Positions 24,208-26,119 of a DNA stretch of 26,119 bases are shown here, one piece after another (within the stretch, counting starts at the first letter, position 1; every line of letters begins with the position of its first letter). The translations under genes were made by a program, and so were the position numbers. The notes under the pieces are model-generated. The model made no database searches, was not told where the DNA came from, and saw nothing but the letters and a program-made list of their open reading frames with translations. Source of the DNA: a bacterium (lineage in GTDB: Bacteria > Zhuqueibacterota > Zhuqueibacteria > Oceanimicrobiales > Oceanimicrobiaceae); contig JBHHYI010000045.1 in NCBI GenBank assembly GCA_046757525.1, positions 1-26,119 on the forward strand. The letters run 5' to 3'.

Positions 24208-24236
24208 AATATACACAAATGTTCTACGATTGTCAA
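24208..24236 (-). promoter_or_regulatory. Putative sigma70 promoter of the barrel / repeat-protein / barrel operon
   Basis: Minus strand TTGACA, 17-nt spacer, TATATT. Confidence 0.7.
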
Positions 24237-24348
24237 GTGTAATTTCCTGAAAATTGCGAGCAATCGTCAAAAGTTAATGAGAACAATGACTTTTTCTCCG
24301 CATTTTTTGAGGAAAATCAGCACTAATCCAGTGGGCTAAGATTTTACT

Positions 24349-24376
24349 TTGAAATACCGATAAATTTGTGTATTTT
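24349..24376 (+). promoter_or_regulatory. Putative sigma70 promoter of the EEP gene
   Basis: TTGAAA, 16-nt spacer, TATTTT, ending 28 nt upstream of ATG 24405. Confidence 0.4.
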
Positions 24377-24404
24377 GCTACACAGTTAAACATCCTGGAG
24401 CCGC

Positions 24405-25652
24405 ATGAAGAAATTTTGTCTCCCATTGGTCGTCCTTCTTACTCTGTGGGCCGGTCTCTCCTTTGCGCAAGTCGACACCCTGCGCATTGCTTCTTACAAT
24501 CTTCTCAATTTCCCGGGAAATGACGGAGCCAGTCGTCTTGGCTATTTTAGAATGGTTATCAGAGCAATAGATCCGGACATTCTGGTGGTTCAGGAACTGC
24601 AATCGGCTCGAGGTCAGACAACCTTTCTCAACGACGTGCTAAATGATCTGGGTCGAGAGGTTTACGCCAGCGGCACGTTTGTCGATGGGCCGGACACGGA
24701 CAATGGCATCTTTTTCAAAGTGGACAAGGTTAGTCTAACCGGCAGCCAGCAAATCAGCACCTCATTGCGCGACATTTCCGAATACACCCTTGAATCTTCC
24801 GCGGTGGAATTCCGAATTTATTCTGTACACCTCAAAGCTTCTCAGGGGACGGTGAATGAAAATCGACGGTTGGACGAAGCTGACGTTCTTAGAAAGCGAC
24901 TAAACAACCTGGCCGATAATGAAAATTTCATCGTAGCCGGCGATTTTAACATCTACCGTGCGTCCGAACCCGCCTTTGTCCGGCTAACCGAGGAGCAGGC
25001 CGGCAACAACAGTGGTCTGGTGGACCCGTTGAACGTGGTGGGCAACTGGCACAACAACAGCGCGTTTGCAGCGGTCCACACGCAATCGACGCGCACCACC
25101 GCTTTTGGCGGAGGTAGCACTGGCGGACTGGACGACCGTTTCGACATGATGTTGGTCTCCACCAGTCTTGTTGAAGCGGGCGGCATGGACGTGCTGGCCG
25201 AATCTTACACGGCCTTTGGTAACGACGGGCACCATTTCAACCTGACGATCAACTTTGGCATGAACAGCAGCATCCCGGACAGCATCGCCGATGCCTTGCT
25301 GCAAGCCTCCGACCACTTGCCCATTTTTGCTGACTTCACCTTTGCATTCCCCACTTCCGTTGCCGCTCCTGGCGCCAGGCCAGGACCGTCTGTTTTCGAG
25401 CTCGGCCAGAACTATCCCAATCCGTTTAATCCTGCTACCACCATCGCCTACACCCTCAACCGCGCTGCCCACGTTACCTTGACGGTTTACGACCTGCTTG
25501 GCCGGGAGATAGCCGTGTTGGTGGATGATTTCCAGGCAGCGGGTGGGTACAGAGTGGAGTTCAAGGCCGAGGACTTGCCCGGCGGCGTTTACGTCTACCG
25601 CGCCCAGGCCCTGGGGATCACCAAAACACGGAAGCTTGTGCTTCTGCGGTAA
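24405..25652 (+). CDS. Secreted endonuclease/exonuclease/phosphatase (EEP, DNase I-like) with T9SS-type C-terminal domain
   Basis: RBS GGAG; signal peptide; motifs SYNLLN, VQE, HLKA, GDFN, DRFD, SDHLP; C-terminal QNYPNPFNP...GVYVYR...KLVLLR. Confidence 0.93.
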   Translation: MKKFCLPLVVLLTLWAGLSFAQVDTLRIASYNLLNFPGNDGASRLGYFRMVIRAIDPDILVVQELQSARGQTTFLNDVLNDLGREVYASGTFVDGPDTDNGIFFKVDKVSLTGSQQISTSLRDISEYTLESSAVEFRIYSVHLKASQGTVNENRRLDEADVLRKRLNNLADNENFIVAGDFNIYRASEPAFVRLTEEQAGNNSGLVDPLNVVGNWHNNSAFAAVHTQSTRTTAFGGGSTGGLDDRFDMMLVSTSLVEAGGMDVLAESYTAFGNDGHHFNLTINFGMNSSIPDSIADALLQASDHLPIFADFTFAFPTSVAAPGARPGPSVFELGQNYPNPFNPATTIAYTLNRAAHVTLTVYDLLGREIAVLVDDFQAAGGYRVEFKAEDLPGGVYVYRAQALGITKTRKLVLLR

Positions 25653-25660
25653 CAAAATCC

Positions 25661-25689
25661 TTGCTATTTCCTCAAAAGAATCCTACCTT
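25661..25689 (+). promoter_or_regulatory. Putative sigma70 promoter of the RidA-family gene
   Basis: TTGCTA, 17-nt spacer, TACCTT. Confidence 0.45.
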
Positions 25690-25729
25690 TTCGACAATAG
25701 TTTCAGTTCTCTTTTTGGGAGTGCATTCA

Positions 25730-26119
25730 ATGCCAAGACAGAATATTTCTTCCGGCACCAGGTGGGAACCCCTGGTTGGCTACTCACGCGCCGTGCGGGT
25801 AGGGCCGCACATTCATGTCTCAGGAACCACGGCTACGGATTCCAGCGGCGACATCGTGGGCGTGGGCGATCCTTATCGACAGGCCGTTCAGACCATCAGG
25901 AACATCGAGGCAGCGCTGCTCAAGGCGGGCGCGAGTTTGCAGGATGTGGTGCGCACGAGAATCTACGTCACCAACATCGCGGACTGGGAAGCAGTTGGTA
26001 AAGCCCACGGGGAAATTTTTGCAGACATCCGGCCGGCTACCAGCCTGGTAGAGGTGAACCGGCTGGTCTCGCCAGACATGCTGGTTGAAATTGAAGCGGA
26101 GGCATACGTGGCCGACTGA
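25730..26119 (+). CDS. RidA/YjgF/UK114 family protein
   Basis: Start moved to ATG 25730 (RBS GGGAG). Motifs [34 protein letters not shown] and LVEIEAEA. Confidence 0.93.
   Translation: MPRQNISSGTRWEPLVGYSRAVRVGPHIHVSGTTATDSSGDIVGVGDPYRQAVQTIRNIEAALLKAGASLQDVVRTRIYVTNIADWEAVGKAHGEIFADIRPATSLVEVNRLVSPDMLVEIEAEAYVAD

Noticed and set aside
25661..25729. Track N-terminal extension of the RidA-family gene
   Set aside because: Region contains a promoter-like sequence and the RBS; family similarity starts at ATG 25730.

Overview
Bacterial chromosomal window with no rRNA, tRNA, CRISPR array or mobile element detected. FlgD-Ig/T9SS-type C-terminal sorting domains and PorV/FadL-like barrels suggest an FCB-group lineage such as KSB1 or Calditrichota (inference). 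Left part (1-5497, minus strand): an apparently co-transcribed module behind a perfect sigma70 promoter. It encodes a divergent ECF sigma factor, a soluble double-ZAS (HxxxCxxC x2) protein, a membrane double-ZAS/TPR anti-sigma-like protein, a two-TM-anchored M64-like HExxH metalloprotease with an EF-hand loop, and two membrane proteins sharing an 88-aa module. The second of these is absent from the ORF track and runs off the left edge. Middle (5607-13336): a membrane HAMP-PP2C phosphatase transcribed divergently from a receptor-like TPR-TM-Ser/Thr kinase and a Zn-ribbon-FHA-GAF-PP2C gene, separated by an ~880-bp intergenic region rich in stems. Right: a secreted S8 protease, a patatin, a barrel / giant repeat protein / barrel operon, a secreted EEP nuclease and a RidA-family gene. 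The best candidate for an undescribed system is the sigma / multi-ZAS / membrane-protease / TPR operon.
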